DNA of 62,055 bases, the filler included, from Sphacelaria rigidula (Eukaryota), in NCBI GenBank assembly GCA_964200075.2. It is 3 parts of 3 records of this genome, joined end to end, with 100 filler letters (N's around TTAATTAATTAA, not from the genome) between each part and the next. Parts side by side here need not be neighbours in the genome. Positions count along the whole stretch, not along the records: positions 41,444 to 62,055 come from CAXNAA020000509.1; 2 more parts are not named here. The stretch is one strand, 5' to 3'. Shown one piece after another: positions 49,150-62,007 of this stretch (the stretch's first letter is position 1; the number at the start of each line of letters is the position of its first letter). The notes below the pieces were generated by a model, which was not told where the DNA came from, made no database searches, and saw only the letters and a program-made list of their open reading frames with translations. Both the position numbers and the translations under genes were made by a program.

Positions 49150-50180
49150 ACGAGCACATCATCCTTAGCATGGACGCTGAAATAAGCCATGACATGGAAG
49201 TACTGCGTGCAGTCAACACCACAACTGTTGTTTTCGGTCCAACTTTGAACCCTGTCCCTGGAGACTCAACATGTGGTCCAAGGTGACTCCAGTTTGGCGG
49301 TCTCCGACTCGACTCGAACGCAACCCATGTTATATTTCATCACTCACTCACGCGGTCGGCCCTGTGCCGAAATATCGACCGTGGCTCCTCAGCGCACGCT
49401 TGGGTTCAAGACAAAGTGGAATCTACGGGCAAGCCAAGGGTCCAAGCACGGACAGTATTTGTGGCTGTAGCTGAGGTGTGCCGTATTTCCAGTGCAGTGT
49501 ATTACAGCTCCATGTACTTGCTGCCCTTTACGCTCTTCCCTCATTTCCTGAAGGCAGCACAAGACATGACGAGGCAACTCACTTTCAACTTGCTGGTGGT
49601 GGGACGACAAGGAGGTGATCCAGGTCCATGCAAACCCCATCGCTGCAGAGTTGACTCCACTTGTGAACGCAGACGCCGCGCGTCCTTGGTTGGTCGTCGG
49701 AGCAGCAGTCAGGACGGCCACACGTTGAGGACCCTGTTGCATCGGTCATGCGTCCAACCAACTCATGAGTCAACTTCGACGCAACTACTGTGCATTAGAA
49801 GCGTACACAGTGCTCTTAAATGATATGGTAGCACTTTCACTCGATGCCCCCGCACTCGTGAAGTGGAAGCGGCACACAGAAATCGCTCGGTGACGGTGGC
49901 ATGCTTGTGTTTCGGGTGGGGCGATGTTGGGTGATGGAAATTCAAGACAGGTAGATGTTGCTTCACCATTCGCCTCGAACCGAGTACCTCAGGCCCGCGA
50001 CCACTACTTAAGTTACGGTTCACTTGAAACCGTCACTTTGTACCGACATGTGCTGTCGTGATCCGCCGCGTCTTCGAGTCAAAGATCGCACAGCGCATGA
50101 TGATCTTTGCGACTGATAGATTTGATCTCCTGTCGACATCGGAGAGAGGAGCACGAGCATTCCCGATGAAGAGAGATACA
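49150..50180 (-). mobile_element. degenerate Ty1/copia pol remnant (integrase C-terminal region into RT)
   Basis: Minus strand: LFIGN..IFDSKTRRI (FIGY..YD..TRRI), SGVN..FA, AAF...KYMEL, FVLNPSVR* (YGLKQS.R.W). Confidence 0.4.
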
Positions 50181-50520
50181 ATATGAAACAAATCTATGGG
50201 TACTCCCGTACTACTGAGCTGCACTCCTGTACATGTAGTTTCTTGACCAGCCTCATATTTCATATTTCCACTGCTGAGGTCTTGAGGTCTCTATTATATG
50301 ACAAGATGGACTGCTTCTCCTTCTCTGTTCTCTCTCTCCCCAACGCTGTCTCTGTTTACGCATTTCTTTCGTCCCGATGTAAGCAAGTCGCAGTTTGGTG
50401 CCTTCCTTCCGTAGGGGGGTTCATGGGTGAGAGTACATTCCCAAAATTCGCTATGTAGTGCGGCTGTAGTAGATGAGCCGTCTGTTCCCACGGCTGTCAT
50501 TTTTTCTTTGATTGGGTATG

Positions 50521-50818
50521 AACAACGTTTTCGTGAGATTGAGAGTAGAGCGCGGATTGAGGGTTCCTTTGATTATTCCTTATGGCTTAGCCTTTTTTCT
50601 TTCCATGTGTGCTTTTCTTTGCCTCATTTACTGTTGTATGCGTACAGCTACATGTCGATATCCTCCTCAGGGATATTAAGGGGCCCAGAGGCAAGCTACT
50701 ACAGAAATAATATCGGCGTCGTGGAGGGGCATTTCGGAACTGAAATGATTCATTCACTAATTGACCGTTTTTCACTCTCAATCGTACCCTCTACTCTCAG
50801 TCTTACGAAAACATTGTT
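50521..50818 (+). mobile_element. MITE family B, best-preserved copy (~30-bp TIRs)
   Basis: aacaacgttttcgtgagattgagagtagag ... ctctactctcagtcttacgaaaacattgtt. Confidence 0.85.
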
Positions 50819-50869
50819 TTGTGCTGTTGTGCAAGACCTTTTCCACCTGAAGCCCGGTTACAGAGGCCG

Positions 50870-51092
50870 GCCATATCTAGTTGTTGTTTTTATTTATTTA
50901 TTTTTACATTTTTATTTATTTGTGTCTGTCTTTCTTTTTCAGTTTACTCTTTGTGTTTGTTCCATCTTTTTTTTTTCACTTTATTTACTTCAGCGAGTGT
51001 ATTCGTTTTGTTCGTCCTCGGGTACGTCTATCACGTAAGCACGGCTGGATACCTAGGGGATCATTAGTTGATGTGCGACAATCAATTAATCT
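50870..51092 (+). mobile_element. 3' end of a non-LTR retroelement (T-rich body, gtgcgacaatcaat tail)
   Basis: gggtacgtctatca...ggat.cc...gtgcgacaatcaat. An inverted homologue lies at 51797-52000. Confidence 0.6.
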
Positions 51093-51322
51093 ACCAAACG
51101 GAATCAATCCACGCTGAAACAAATACTTGGGACTTACACCATCCCACCGTCACCGTTTTTATTCAGATGGCCTGTAACTGATGGCTCCTCCTCGTACGGA
51201 TCACAATAATACATGGCACCACCGCCATACCACATTCAAACCACTGTAGTGTTAGAATTCGATGAGAGACAAAAGAAACGCTATTTTCCGTGAGCACCCA
51301 TCCAAGAGTATCAACCACAACC

Positions 51323-51618
51323 AACAATGTTTGCGTGGGATTGAGAGTAGAGGAGGATACGATTGAGAGTCAAAAGCGGTCAATAAATTGTGAAGAGTTT
51401 CAGTTCTGAAATGCCTCTCCACGAGGTCCGATCGCTTCCTGCAGTAGCTTTCCACTGAAGTCATTGATATCCCTGAGTAGGATACATCGATGTGTAGCTT
51501 AAAGCACACGCCAGTGTTACAGGCGAGGAAAAGCACACAATGAAAAAATGGCCAAGTTAAAGCGAATGATGGAACCCACTCTCGATCCACGCTCTACTCT
51601 CAATCTCACGAAACCATT
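51323..51618 (-). mobile_element. MITE family B, reverse orientation
   Basis: aacaatgtttgcgtgggattgagagtagag ... ctctactctcaatctcacgaaacc, with internal tttcagttctgaaatgcctctccac. Confidence 0.8.
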
Positions 51619-51796
51619 AATAACCCCAGGACGGAACGACGCCGCCTGGCCATGCCCGAAAGCTCCATCCAGCACGGAGGACCAAATAACTTGATAAAAA
51701 CCACGAGTCAGAAGAATGAATGCACAGCAGCTCCAGTACAACAAGCAATCGGCGTAGCTAGCGCGACTAAACTTTGTGGGGATCCACATCTGTGGT

Positions 51797-52000
51797 TGAT
51801 TGATTGATTGATTGATTGATTGTCGCACTTTAGCTGACCACCTATGGATCCTGCCAATGTCGCATGATAGACGTACCCAATAAAAGCAAAACTGAAACAT
51901 TCGCTAAAGAAAAAAAGGAACAGAAAAAGGTAAAACAGAACGACATAGTAGACCAAGACGTGAAAAAAAAAACACGGGAATACCGGGTTGCTCGCTTCAT
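51797..52000 (-). mobile_element. 3' end of a non-LTR retroelement with (AATC)n tail
   Basis: (gatt)n-gtcgcac...tgatagacgtaccc. Confidence 0.65.
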
Positions 52001-52029
52001 ACATTTACAATATATATATGTCACCTTGA

Positions 52030-53060
52030 CCAGTACCGCCCCTCAACTCGCGAGGACCGAGCGGCGACGTCTCACGTGGGCCGAAGAGTTGCCGACACCA
52101 AGGACGGGGTGCACTGTGAGCCAAACTCGTGAAGCCAAAGGGTCGGCGCACACACACGGCGAGACGCCGATTGCTAGCGAAGGGGAGAAGAACAGAGAAG
52201 AAGCGGAGACGACGTCGGCGGGGATAGCGGACGACAAATGGTCAGCAGTGGAGATGATCACCGCGGCAGCAGGACAGATGGCAGGAAAAGACGCAATCGT
52301 CTCGATCCAGAACAAGATGACCGACATAGAGGTTTTCTGTTTTGTTACTGAAACCGAGGAAGACAGAGTAGGACAGCCCGAATTTGCGTTCAACAGTTGG
52401 CCTGCACGTAAGCGAAGTAGAGGCAGCACCCACCAGTATCGACGACGTTGAAAATCAGAGTTGCGAGAGGCATGGCTTGGCGCGATACAGGCAGAACTGG
52501 GAGATCACAAAGAGGCAGAAATTTTTTCGATTGGTTCAGTGCCGGAAGGAGTATACGTGATTGCAGCAAAATGTGTTTTCAGTGGGAAAACCGACGCCGA
52601 TGGCTCCATAACGAAGGTGAAGGCTAGGCTGGTAGCGCGAGGATTTGGACAACGTTTCGCCGTCGACTATTTCGAGACTTTTGCGGCCATGGCCTCCATG
52701 GCCTCCATTAAATTGGTCATGACAGTGGCAGTTCAGGAAGAGTGCCCGTTGTATCACTTTGACGTAACACAGGCTTTTGTTCAAGCGAATATGGACACTG
52801 ACGTGTACATGAGGCTGCCTGAAGGATGCTACGCTTTGATAGACATTATCGTGAAGCTCGAAAAATCCATTTATGGGATCAAGCAAGCAGGCAGGCAGTG
52901 ATCACGTCCTCTGTGCCAAACTTTATAGGAGGATGTCGGGATGGTGCAGTGTGAGGCCGAGTCTTCTGTTTCAAGGTGAAGGATGAAGGAGACGTGCGTG
53001 TGGTTGTCCGTGTAGATAACATTTTGATCAGTGGTGCTGAGGAAAATGTGCGAAAGCACA
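52030..53060 (+). mobile_element. Ty1/copia pol fragment, reverse transcriptase (RVT_2), disrupted
   Basis: W..AIQAEL, KARLVARGFGQ..VDYFETFA, FDVTQAFVQA, VYMRLPEG, LEKSIYGIKQAGRQ*, then stops and a frameshift, and VRVDNILISG (YVDD box). Confidence 0.95.
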
Positions 53061-54282
53061 TTTTTAGACCTTGGTTTTTGCTATGCATTTATGCGCATCT
53101 TAAGTTGAACCACCCACACTACTTTGAGAGGAATGGGTTTTGTAATCTTACGGCGTTTCCAAATATGACGTATACCCCCCTTGACTGGCGTCCATGGATT
53201 ATCTAGATGGAGCACAAGAAGTTGGGGGAAGGGTTTTTTGCTCGTGGCCGAGTTCCCTCCTTTCTTTGGAAGAGAGAGAGATAGCCATGATGACACATGT
53301 ACCAGTTCAGAGGAGGTGTTCATGTGGACAGGTACAGATAAGTGAAATGCGCATGTATTCATGCTGACGCGCGGGTACTAATAGTCGAGTATGCGTGACT
53401 GCGGCATCATGCTTCGGCTGGCAGCAGACGCTGCCGCATGCTCTCACTCTTCGTCTGATCCAAGTCTGATCCCTACTACTGAGATTTCACTTCGTCACAG
53501 CACTCCAACAAAACAAATATCGAACCATCCATCCTTCGCCACGGGCCACGGAATAACCTGATTACTGGTCAGAGATGTACACGTACGTGTAAAGGTTGCA
53601 AAAGTGCTCAGGAAGGAGGACGATACTACTATAGGTACTCCAGATTTTCTGAGGACTTCCAGTACTTCATACGTTCATGTGTCAGTGGGCTAGCCTCCGT
53701 ACAAATGGGAGACAGAATCATCGAATACATCAATGCTTGCCTGTCATCACCGTCCAGCGAAAAAAAGTCATGCTTTCCACTCGCTTCGGTGCTAAGTTCA
53801 ATGTTTTGCCTTCAGGAGCACGCCTCCGTGCGCGTTTTTGTTGTCGGGTCTAGAGGTGACCACCAAATCATCAGTGCAGCGAAGCAGTGCAGCCCAGGGC
53901 GACGAACACTATCATACCCAGGCACCACGGTTAGTGAATCGAAGGTACACTAAACGGAATAAGGTGTGGCTGGGGTATTTAAAAATTGAGGTGTTCAGGG
54001 TATATTTTCAGTGACGGCAGTGCTCACTCTCCCGACTGGTATCATGCTTTACATTGCCTCAAGTTTCGACTCCCACAAAGCAGAAACTACAGTATATCGT
54101 CGAGTAGAGTTCCTTAAAATGAACGACGTACGTCATCCCAAGCCCGTCAACGCGTCGAAACTAGAATTACGCACTTTGCCATTTTTGCGACGGCTACCGA
54201 GCATCGTCGAACAAAAAAGGGTTAATATAATAGTGTCCGGTCGTACGTTCGGCATCCCCTGGCATTTTTTCCTACCAACATG

Positions 54283-54650
54283 CCGGTCGCCGCAGTGGCT
54301 CAGGTGGTAACCTCGAAATCTTCTGACGGTTGGGTTGTGAGCTCAAATCTCGGAGCGATCTGGGATTTTTTCATACAACATGCCCAACATTGGAAAGCGA
54401 CGATGCCGAGGGTACACAAAATTCGACGTAACGGTCGACGAGGGAAATGGAATGCTGGACCCCTCTCGCGATAAAAAGGAGAGGTAAGCACCGCAGAAGG
54501 AAGGTGGGGTACTAAAAACGAAAAAGGAATAACAACTCCTGTGTTGACCCTCCTCCTGTGTGACCCCGGCCGGTGCACCACGTATACCGAGAGGTATAGA
54601 CCGGCGTCCAGAATAAATGGGACGATAACACAGCACACAACACACACAAC
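54283..54650 (+). mobile_element. full-length tRNA-derived SINE (family S)
   Basis: ccggtcgccgcagTGGCTCAGGTGGtaa...gagctcaaatc...gtgttgaccctcctcctgtgtgaccc...gggacgataacacagcacacaacacacacaac. Confidence 0.85.
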
Positions 54651-56141
54651 GTGCACATGGTATTTCAGCGAAAGGCACCCTTCCACCGTTCGGACGAATC
54701 ATCGTCGGTTCGAATAACCAAATCCACGATTTTCCAGGCCTGATTGCTCAACAAAGAAAACACAACAGAGTTGACCGCTGGTCAAGAAGATCTTAACGCA
54801 GCTTTTGCGCCATTCCACGTGCCTGGGCTGCGCGTACCTGGGTTGCAACGCTGAAATCGAAGCCCAAGGATCGGTTCGTATGGTGCGAATCACACCAAAT
54901 CAAGTAATTTCCTGACGAATCATTCATTCGTCCGACCCTTGCACCCTTCCGGCACCACGCTTTCGTGGCCAAACACAGACAACGACCGTTCAGCGAGGAA
55001 TTCCCCGTCCCGATCTATCGACAGTAGTAGAAGTATTGCGTCCACCCTATCGTCAGCGGCGATAGGATCGTCAGTCAGATGTCGATAACCACATCAACAT
55101 TGATTCAGCACCGACGACACCAAAGTGCGTTTTACTCGAAAGGCAGACATTTGCTCATCGTCTCGAAGCTTTAGCCAGATGGAAGCACGACCGCAGCCGG
55201 TTACCTAGGGACAACTTGAAGGATGCAGCGCAAATGAAGAACCCGACACAAATGTAGGACGTGGGCAGACATAACGCCAGAGTGCAGCGCACAAGAGCAC
55301 GCTTGTAAAAAATCATAGTAAAAGGGCTTTTCGTAACGTGTTTTCATTGGAGTCGAGAGCTACTACTGCACTTATTGCATCTATTTTCGGTTCCACATCC
55401 ATGATTTCGCGCTATTCCACGAGAAAAAATCTTAACGCGACAAAAAAAAGGGGGGTAAAAAAACATTTACATGCCGTTCGATAGCCCACAATTATCTGTA
55501 ACACACGTATAATACCACACACGCACTGGTTCAGGTGTTGTGCGAAATTCGTCTCGACGGCAGTTTGTCGCGCGGCACTAGTAGAACAATGAAGGCCACC
55601 GCTCGTGCAGCAAAGAAGTGGCCAACAAAACAGAAAACGCATCGCTTTCCATGAACTCAAAAATATACATATAAAACCAAAAAGATACCTGAGAGAAATC
55701 GTTCAACGTGTTCCGGGCAGACTCCCATTCCCCTTTGGCGAAACACTTCACGTCTCACCCGCGATGCCGGCTTTTGTCACCCCCGGCACTGCAACTTCAA
55801 GGACAACCATCAGCGCGAAAAAAAGGGAAAAAAACACTACACAAACAGAAAAACGGTACCGCGATCACGACTAACCCATCTGGAGTCCCCCCCCCCCACA
55901 CCAAATGAGTACGCCCCCCCCCCACCTACACACAGCTTTTTACCAGGGGTTTATTTCACAAAAGTACCGACACCACGAGACACAACACAAAGCGGCTCAA
56001 GAATTATGGGAGTGAGGGAACCACAAATATCAGTAAAATAGGGGGGGGGGAAGCAGCGACCGGCTGGCAAACGAAAAAACAAATAACGACAACGATCAAC
56101 GCGCAGCCCGTTGCTATGAATATCTTCGTGTTTCGTTTCAA

Positions 56142-56333
56142 TCAGTAACCCTGAGGTAGCACCATGTTGATGCCTTCTCTGCCCCCCAGTGACATCATCT
56201 CGAAGGCATTTTCTGGTCGCTGCACTTCCTGGTACCCCATTCCTTCCCGATTCCTACGCGCCTTGCACATGGTGTACACCGAAGAGAGGGCTATCGCGCT
56301 CAGCATGAAACACACGATCGTAATCGCCACAGC
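56142..56333 (-). CDS. candidate terminal exon encoding a transmembrane helix and short cytosolic tail
   Basis: Acceptor tctctcatttatgcag|, then AVAITIVCFMLSAIALSSVYTMC-KARRNR-EGMGYQEV...QGY* (hydrophobic stretch, basic stop-transfer cluster, YxxV motif). No upstream exons identified. Confidence 0.4.
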   Translation of the reverse strand, partial: AVAITIVCFMLSAIALSSVYTMCKARRNREGMGYQEVQRPENAFEMMSLGGREGINMVLPQGY

Positions 56334-56592
56334 CTGCATAAATGAGAGACAGCCCCGCGCGGCAGGGAGAGGCGGACGGAGAGGCGGGGGGGCGCAGAAA
56401 ATCATCATTAGTACAGGCAATGACCTCACCCAGGACATGCTCGGAAAAATACATATATCAAGTCCAGTAGTTGAAGAGACCAGTTTTAACCCTTCTGGAA
56501 CTCTTTGACGAATTTTATTTTTGTGGATCAGCATAATTTTCAGTCATTTTCAAGTCAAAGTGATGCCGATTCATAAAATCAAACATCGTCAA

Positions 56593-57535
56593 TCAAGGGG
56601 TTCCCCAAGGGTTAATAGCAGAGATAACTTCTGCAGCTCGGACATATAAATTCGAGGCGAGAATTGATGCACGAGTTTCATCACTCTTGCTCAGAGCTCC
56701 GATACTTCGCATTCTCTGCGCGATTCGACGGCGAACCTCCTCGAACCTATGAAGTTAAGCAGAGATGAGGAGTGTAGAGGATGAATGAGTCATCCTGCGG
56801 AAAGTGACTGTTTCCACACACACACTTCGCTCGAAAATTGCGCCGGAGGCCACAACCTCGATTGCGACCAAGTCACCGGAAGCCATTGTTCTGATGCGTA
56901 GATTCGCTCGACGGGATCTCTTGGGGGGGAGACGATGTACCTTGGAATTGCAGGGAATTGCTTCTAGACGAGTCCACGGTTGCAATACTTGTCACCGGGA
57001 CGATATATGCGGCGACCCCGTCGTGCTCATGACATCGCTCTTCGTAGATATTATCGACCACACATTTTCGTGTCCAAAAATGCCGCAGAGAGTTAGCAAC
57101 ATCTCTACTCACACAACAGTAGTACCTACTGGTGCAACTCCACTTGCTCTACATGGGGAAGGCGCACAGGTGCTGCAAATGAAAAGGCTGAGTCAAGAAG
57201 AAACTACGACCAGCAAAAAAACACAATGGTGTGTGAGGCTATGGGCACCACCTTGGACTTCAACGATGGTTGCTACAATGGCTGCTATAATAGCGGGCCG
57301 TGCTTGTGTATGCAGTGACAGCATAAGTTAGGCAGCACCGCGTGAGTTTTGCGCGATCGGGTTCTAGATGCCAGGGAGGAGAATGACACCAGGAGTATAC
57401 AAAAAGCGCATCCTCTGTGTCAGCTGCTGGAGGTATATCCATCACCAGTTTGCGAGCTGTGGTGAGTACAATTGAGCCAGACTTCTTGTACAAGATGTAA
57501 TGAACCCTTGTGCTACAAGCCCCATCTCGGACCAG
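56593..57535 (-). pseudogene. possible sulfotransferase-like gene remnant (three exon-like blocks)
   Basis: After AG acceptors, in order: HYILYKKSGS (5'-PSB-like), RYIVSPPRDPVERIYAS (3'-PB-like RDP..R..S), (R)FEE...NPWGTP* (RYED-like). The frames are not cleanly joinable. Confidence 0.3.
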
Positions 57536-59714
57536 CTGCGAGGATTGACAGTCTAGACACATGAAAGAGCTTCTAGTGGGCGGAAGGTGGTTTCCGAGTA
57601 GGAGGGGGGTGCCTGTTCCTAGATCAACCAAAAAGCTCACGGAGTCAACGATGGGTGTCCGGGAGTTTCCAAAAAAGGGTTCGACGTCGGGCAATGAGCC
57701 CGAAGGGGAGGCAACGGTCATTTTGATAGCTTGGGTCAATTTGGTCATGACGCTATCCTTAAGAACGCACGAAGATTGCCGACCTCCTCCTCTAGCCTTA
57801 GTTGACCATTTGGGTACCGACCACGTAACCATCGAAGAACGAAAAAAAATAGGTGCGTATAGTTCACTTCGTAGCCCGTGCCCCCTGTAGTGTGGTTAAG
57901 GCGCACCACGCAGGAGAGAGCGCAGAAAATTGCGTGCAGCAAGGGGGCGATGGCACGCCGGCTGCTTTACATCGCTGAGGTCAGCCGCTGGTGGAAATAG
58001 TTTATATGTGCAATACAACACCAACAGCAGGTACAGACAGTATAAAAGTACACTTAAGACGATACGGCACGCAGGCAAGATCAAACTATGCTCGAGGTGT
58101 GCTAGTACTGCCCCAAGACTATCAAGACTGCAAAACTATAGGAAGCGAGCACAAAAACTGTTCGCATTTGTCGCATTGGAAGGCAGTGGCTGCCAGTGCG
58201 CATCACTTGCTGCGCATGAAAGCATCTACCGCACGAGAACGCCTCAGCAAAGATATGCATCAATGCACGTGCCTTCTGACTCAAAACCGGTCACGAGTTA
58301 TCTAGAACTAATTCCCATATAAACGCTCAACATTCACGTATTGATGAAAATAGAAATGCTGTCACCTGAAAAACAAAGAGTTTGAACCCTAAATGTGCCG
58401 TAGGGCATTTTGAGAAAATCTGTGGGGGGGGTCTTCGGCTCAGGGCTTGTCATCGTACACGTCATTGAGTCGGTTCACTGCACGCGTGTCTTGCTTCTAG
58501 ACGGTTGGTGATAAACGTGACACTGAATAAGGCGAAACACCTCGAGTTATCTAAATTTTTGGGCTCACAGCTAAGTGTTACGAGATGAGGCCTTCGTCAG
58601 CCCCACAAGGTTTTGGAGGACAGACACCCTAGGCGTAGACGAGCGCCAGTAGGACGGTTGGGCGCGTAAGCGAGTGGCTCGCGAGTTCAATAAGATTACA
58701 ACAGACCAGGCTGCATATTTTTGAGCGGACAAATCATCTTTTTTTGCACTAGAAGATCAAAAGACAACACGCTGACCGAGGGCTATTTCCCTTCCCCACC
58801 TCTCAACGCAACGAGCTTATGCTTGGGCAGCAGCGGTCTGAGGGGGACAAGCTCACCGCTGCGCTTCGATGCGCCTTGCTTGTGTGTGTCGACTTGTGTT
58901 CGTAATCCTCAGTTCGCGGCGGCATGTTCATTAATAAGCCTTGGGCACCAAGACACGACCCAACGACACCCGCACGCGCCGCCGGCAGCACGCACTTCCC
59001 CACCAAATGCGCCACGCCATTCGATCTCTAGCAACAATTGTGTGTGCTGACCCAGAAACATATGTAACTTGTTGTCGCCGTGGTGATCGTTACTGCAACG
59101 TCTGAAGGTTTACTGCTGCCCTGAGGGCCACGAAGCACTCGTTATCGTGTCTGGTGCATGAATGACCATGACGCGCGGCACAGACACATCGACGGCCTCC
59201 ATCATATAGGCATTGCTTTTCCCATTAAAAACAGCTGTGCCAAACTCCCGATAAAAGCTCGGGCAACTAGCGCGACCAACAAGGAGGTCTGGGCGCCTGG
59301 AGGCGCAACCCCTCTGATCGTCTGGGCGTGTTCATCCGTTGAATCGCCATTATAATGACATGAAAAATGTGTGTCAGGGTCGGGTGTACATCTGCGGGCA
59401 CCGAAAGGGCCAACATCAGGCGTCGTTGAACGTGATCGCACAGAGGACAAAATCACTGAATAAAGTACCTGAATATCACGGCCACAGGGAACAGAATCAA
59501 CAACAGCCAAAAGTTATGGGTCAAATCTTGACATTATTGTGGGCGTTGCGGGTGGCCAATGACATGCGGGCATTTGTGCGAATAAGCCGCCCTGCCTTCC
59601 ACGTCTCAGCTGAACAACTCTTGACCTGAACATAATATTATTCTTCCAAATCCTGAGGATCATCCGAACCCTAACCCGAACCCCAACCAAAGGCAGACGG
59701 AGAACGCTAGGGAG

Positions 59715-59895
59715 AGGGGGAGGGGGAGGGTGTACTTATTTTTATTTGCCCTTCTCGTTTGACTTTTGATCACCCATCCCCTTCGAGACGGAGCAAGGGA
59801 GGGGGGGGGCGTACTCATTTGTTGCTTGCCTTAGTCGTTCGACCATTGACCACGCATCCCTCTCGAGACGGAGCAAGGGGGGCGGGGGGGGAAGG
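59715..59895 (+). repeat. tandem pair of the family G module
   Basis: G-tract + tact.attt...catccc.tcgagacggagcaaggg occurs twice. Confidence 0.75.
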
Positions 59896-60404
59896 GGAGA
59901 AGTATTTTTCTGCCTCTTCATACCTGCCCCATTCGGGCGGGAACTGACTGGTGTTTTTTCATCGTCTGAATATGGACGACTTTCATGGTCCCCATGATAT
60001 CGAAAATGAATCACGTTTTTGATGACCCAAAGCGTGCACATTTTGTGTTTCCCACGCTTAGGAGTACTTTTTACGTTTTCAAAATGTGATCCATTGTGTG
60101 AAGTTTTGCTGTCCCCGCAATGAAGAATGAAACTTCACAGTTTGTCTTGAAACTTTACAATAACGTGTAAGCTTCCCTGCCCGCGTCTCCAAATTAAAAC
60201 GTACACCTTATCATTCTTGGAACCCAGCAAACTTTGCGCGTTTTTGCCGCCCTAAGACACTGCGCTGAATCTCCCATTTTCAAAACTACTGTATACGTTG
60301 GTGAGCTTTTCACGTAGACCTCGGAAGCGAGTTTCACGGACAGGGCAAACCATAAAGGTCGCGGTGCTGATCTTTCGGCGTTCAGAGTAAACTTAGGGCG
60401 AGGA

Positions 60405-60800
60405 AAGGAGGGAGGGGGTGGGGAGGATACTCATTAGTTACTTGCCTTAGTCGTTTGACCACTGACCACGCATCCCTTTCGAGACGCAACACCGTACCTA
60501 CTCTTAATAGAAACACCCCCCCATATTTGGGTGCTCATCACGTCTCTTCCATACATTACACAAAAACCTTTTACATTTGTTCTCCCCGTCCTGTTTCGGG
60601 AGGGGGGGAGGGCTTACTCATTTGTTGCTTGCCTTAGTCGTTTGAGCATTGACCACGCATCCCTTTCGAGACGCAACACCGTACCTACTCCTACTAAAAA
60701 CACCCGCAATACTTGGGTGCTCATTACGTTTCTTCCATACATTACACAAAACCTTTTGCATATGTTCTCTCCGCCCTGTTTCGGGAGGGGGGGGGGGGGG
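60405..60800 (+). repeat. tandem duplication, ~187-bp unit starting with the family G module
   Basis: tgaccacgcatccctttcgagacgcaacaccgtacctactc...ccatacattacacaaaa...ctgtttcgggaggggggg occurs twice. Confidence 0.9.
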
Positions 60801-61446
60801 TTAACAAAAACGAATACATGTAGATGGTTGCTCTAAATGTCGAGATTAGTCTCGCCGACGCGTCACGCGGCCTTATCACTCGATTACCTTAGCGAAGTCC
60901 CAGACGTGGGGGCGGCCAACGGAAGACTACAGCAGCTTTCCGTCCCCCCCGCAGTTTTTTTGTCTTATTTTCTCTTTTTGTCTGTAGACTTGTGCACACA
61001 GCTTCAGCATGGCATGTGTGAACAAAGTCCGTCTTTTTTCGTTATCCAACCATACTTGCCATTTTTACCGATATTTGTGGCTGGTCATGTCTGTTGAAGG
61101 GCTCCTCGCTCTTTGTTGGTGTTGTTGTGTCATCATACATGTGCTTAAGGCTCTCGTCTTCTCTTTCGCCGCACGTGTGGAAACCTTGTCACGTGCACCA
61201 GCTTTTGTTCCGCCGTTTTCCCGATTGCGGCACGTTGTAGCGGGTCTTCCAGCGTTCTCGGTGTAATTTTTAAAACTTTTGGTCGAGAAATGCTTTATGA
61301 TCATTTCCTTTTTTTCACACTGTCAGCGATTGATGACGCATATCAACCACCGGGACGAAGGCGGTATCCTGATAATCTCAGAATTTCCGCAAACGAGTGG
61401 TTTGTCTCGAGGTGTGTCCAATTATCTCATGGTTCAATATCTTACC

Positions 61447-61487
<41 letters not shown>
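61447..61487 (+). repeat. (GCA)n microsatellite, ~13 units
   Basis: Perfect trinucleotide run. Confidence 0.95.
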
Positions 61488-61488
<1 letters not shown>

Positions 61489-61974
61489 CAATTCCATCTG
61501 TCGAAGTACTGTACTGCGCACGTCGAAATCTCGCGAGCAGCTGCGAGTTTCAAAATTCTGAAACGATCCCACTTTTGGTTTCGATCCAGGGTTTTCTCAT
61601 GGAACTGGTTCTATGCGCTGATCATGAAAACAGGGCTGTCGAGTAGATCATACACACCGTCACCCTGTTGTGGTGCACTTGTCCTGGTAAACTTCGTCAC
61701 GAGCGCAGCACGTACTTACAGTGCACACAACGTCAAGCCTCGGGCAGAGAGTATCTTCATCTTTTCAACGGTGCCAGCCATCATGCTCGCCTCAAAGGGT
61801 GCTCCCAAAAGCACTTATTTTTCTTTCTTCTACGCGATGCAAAGACGAATAAAAAAACTGCGGGAGAGATTTTTCCAGGGGTGAGTTTGGTCTTGCCTAC
61901 TAGGTTTACGAGCGTAGTTTTGGAGTCCACCCCACCAACGTATTATCGAAACGCGATTCGTGTCGCACGCCCCC

Positions 61975-62007
<33 letters not shown>

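Noticed and set aside
58545-58580. Sm-site-like AATTTTTGG suggesting an snRNA
   Set aside because: No U1, U2, U4 or U5 conserved sequence nearby.
61279-61884. 201-aa plus-strand ORF with poly-Ala
   Set aside because: The poly-Ala comes from the GCA microsatellite; the rest has no recognisable features, and the splice signals favour the opposite strand.
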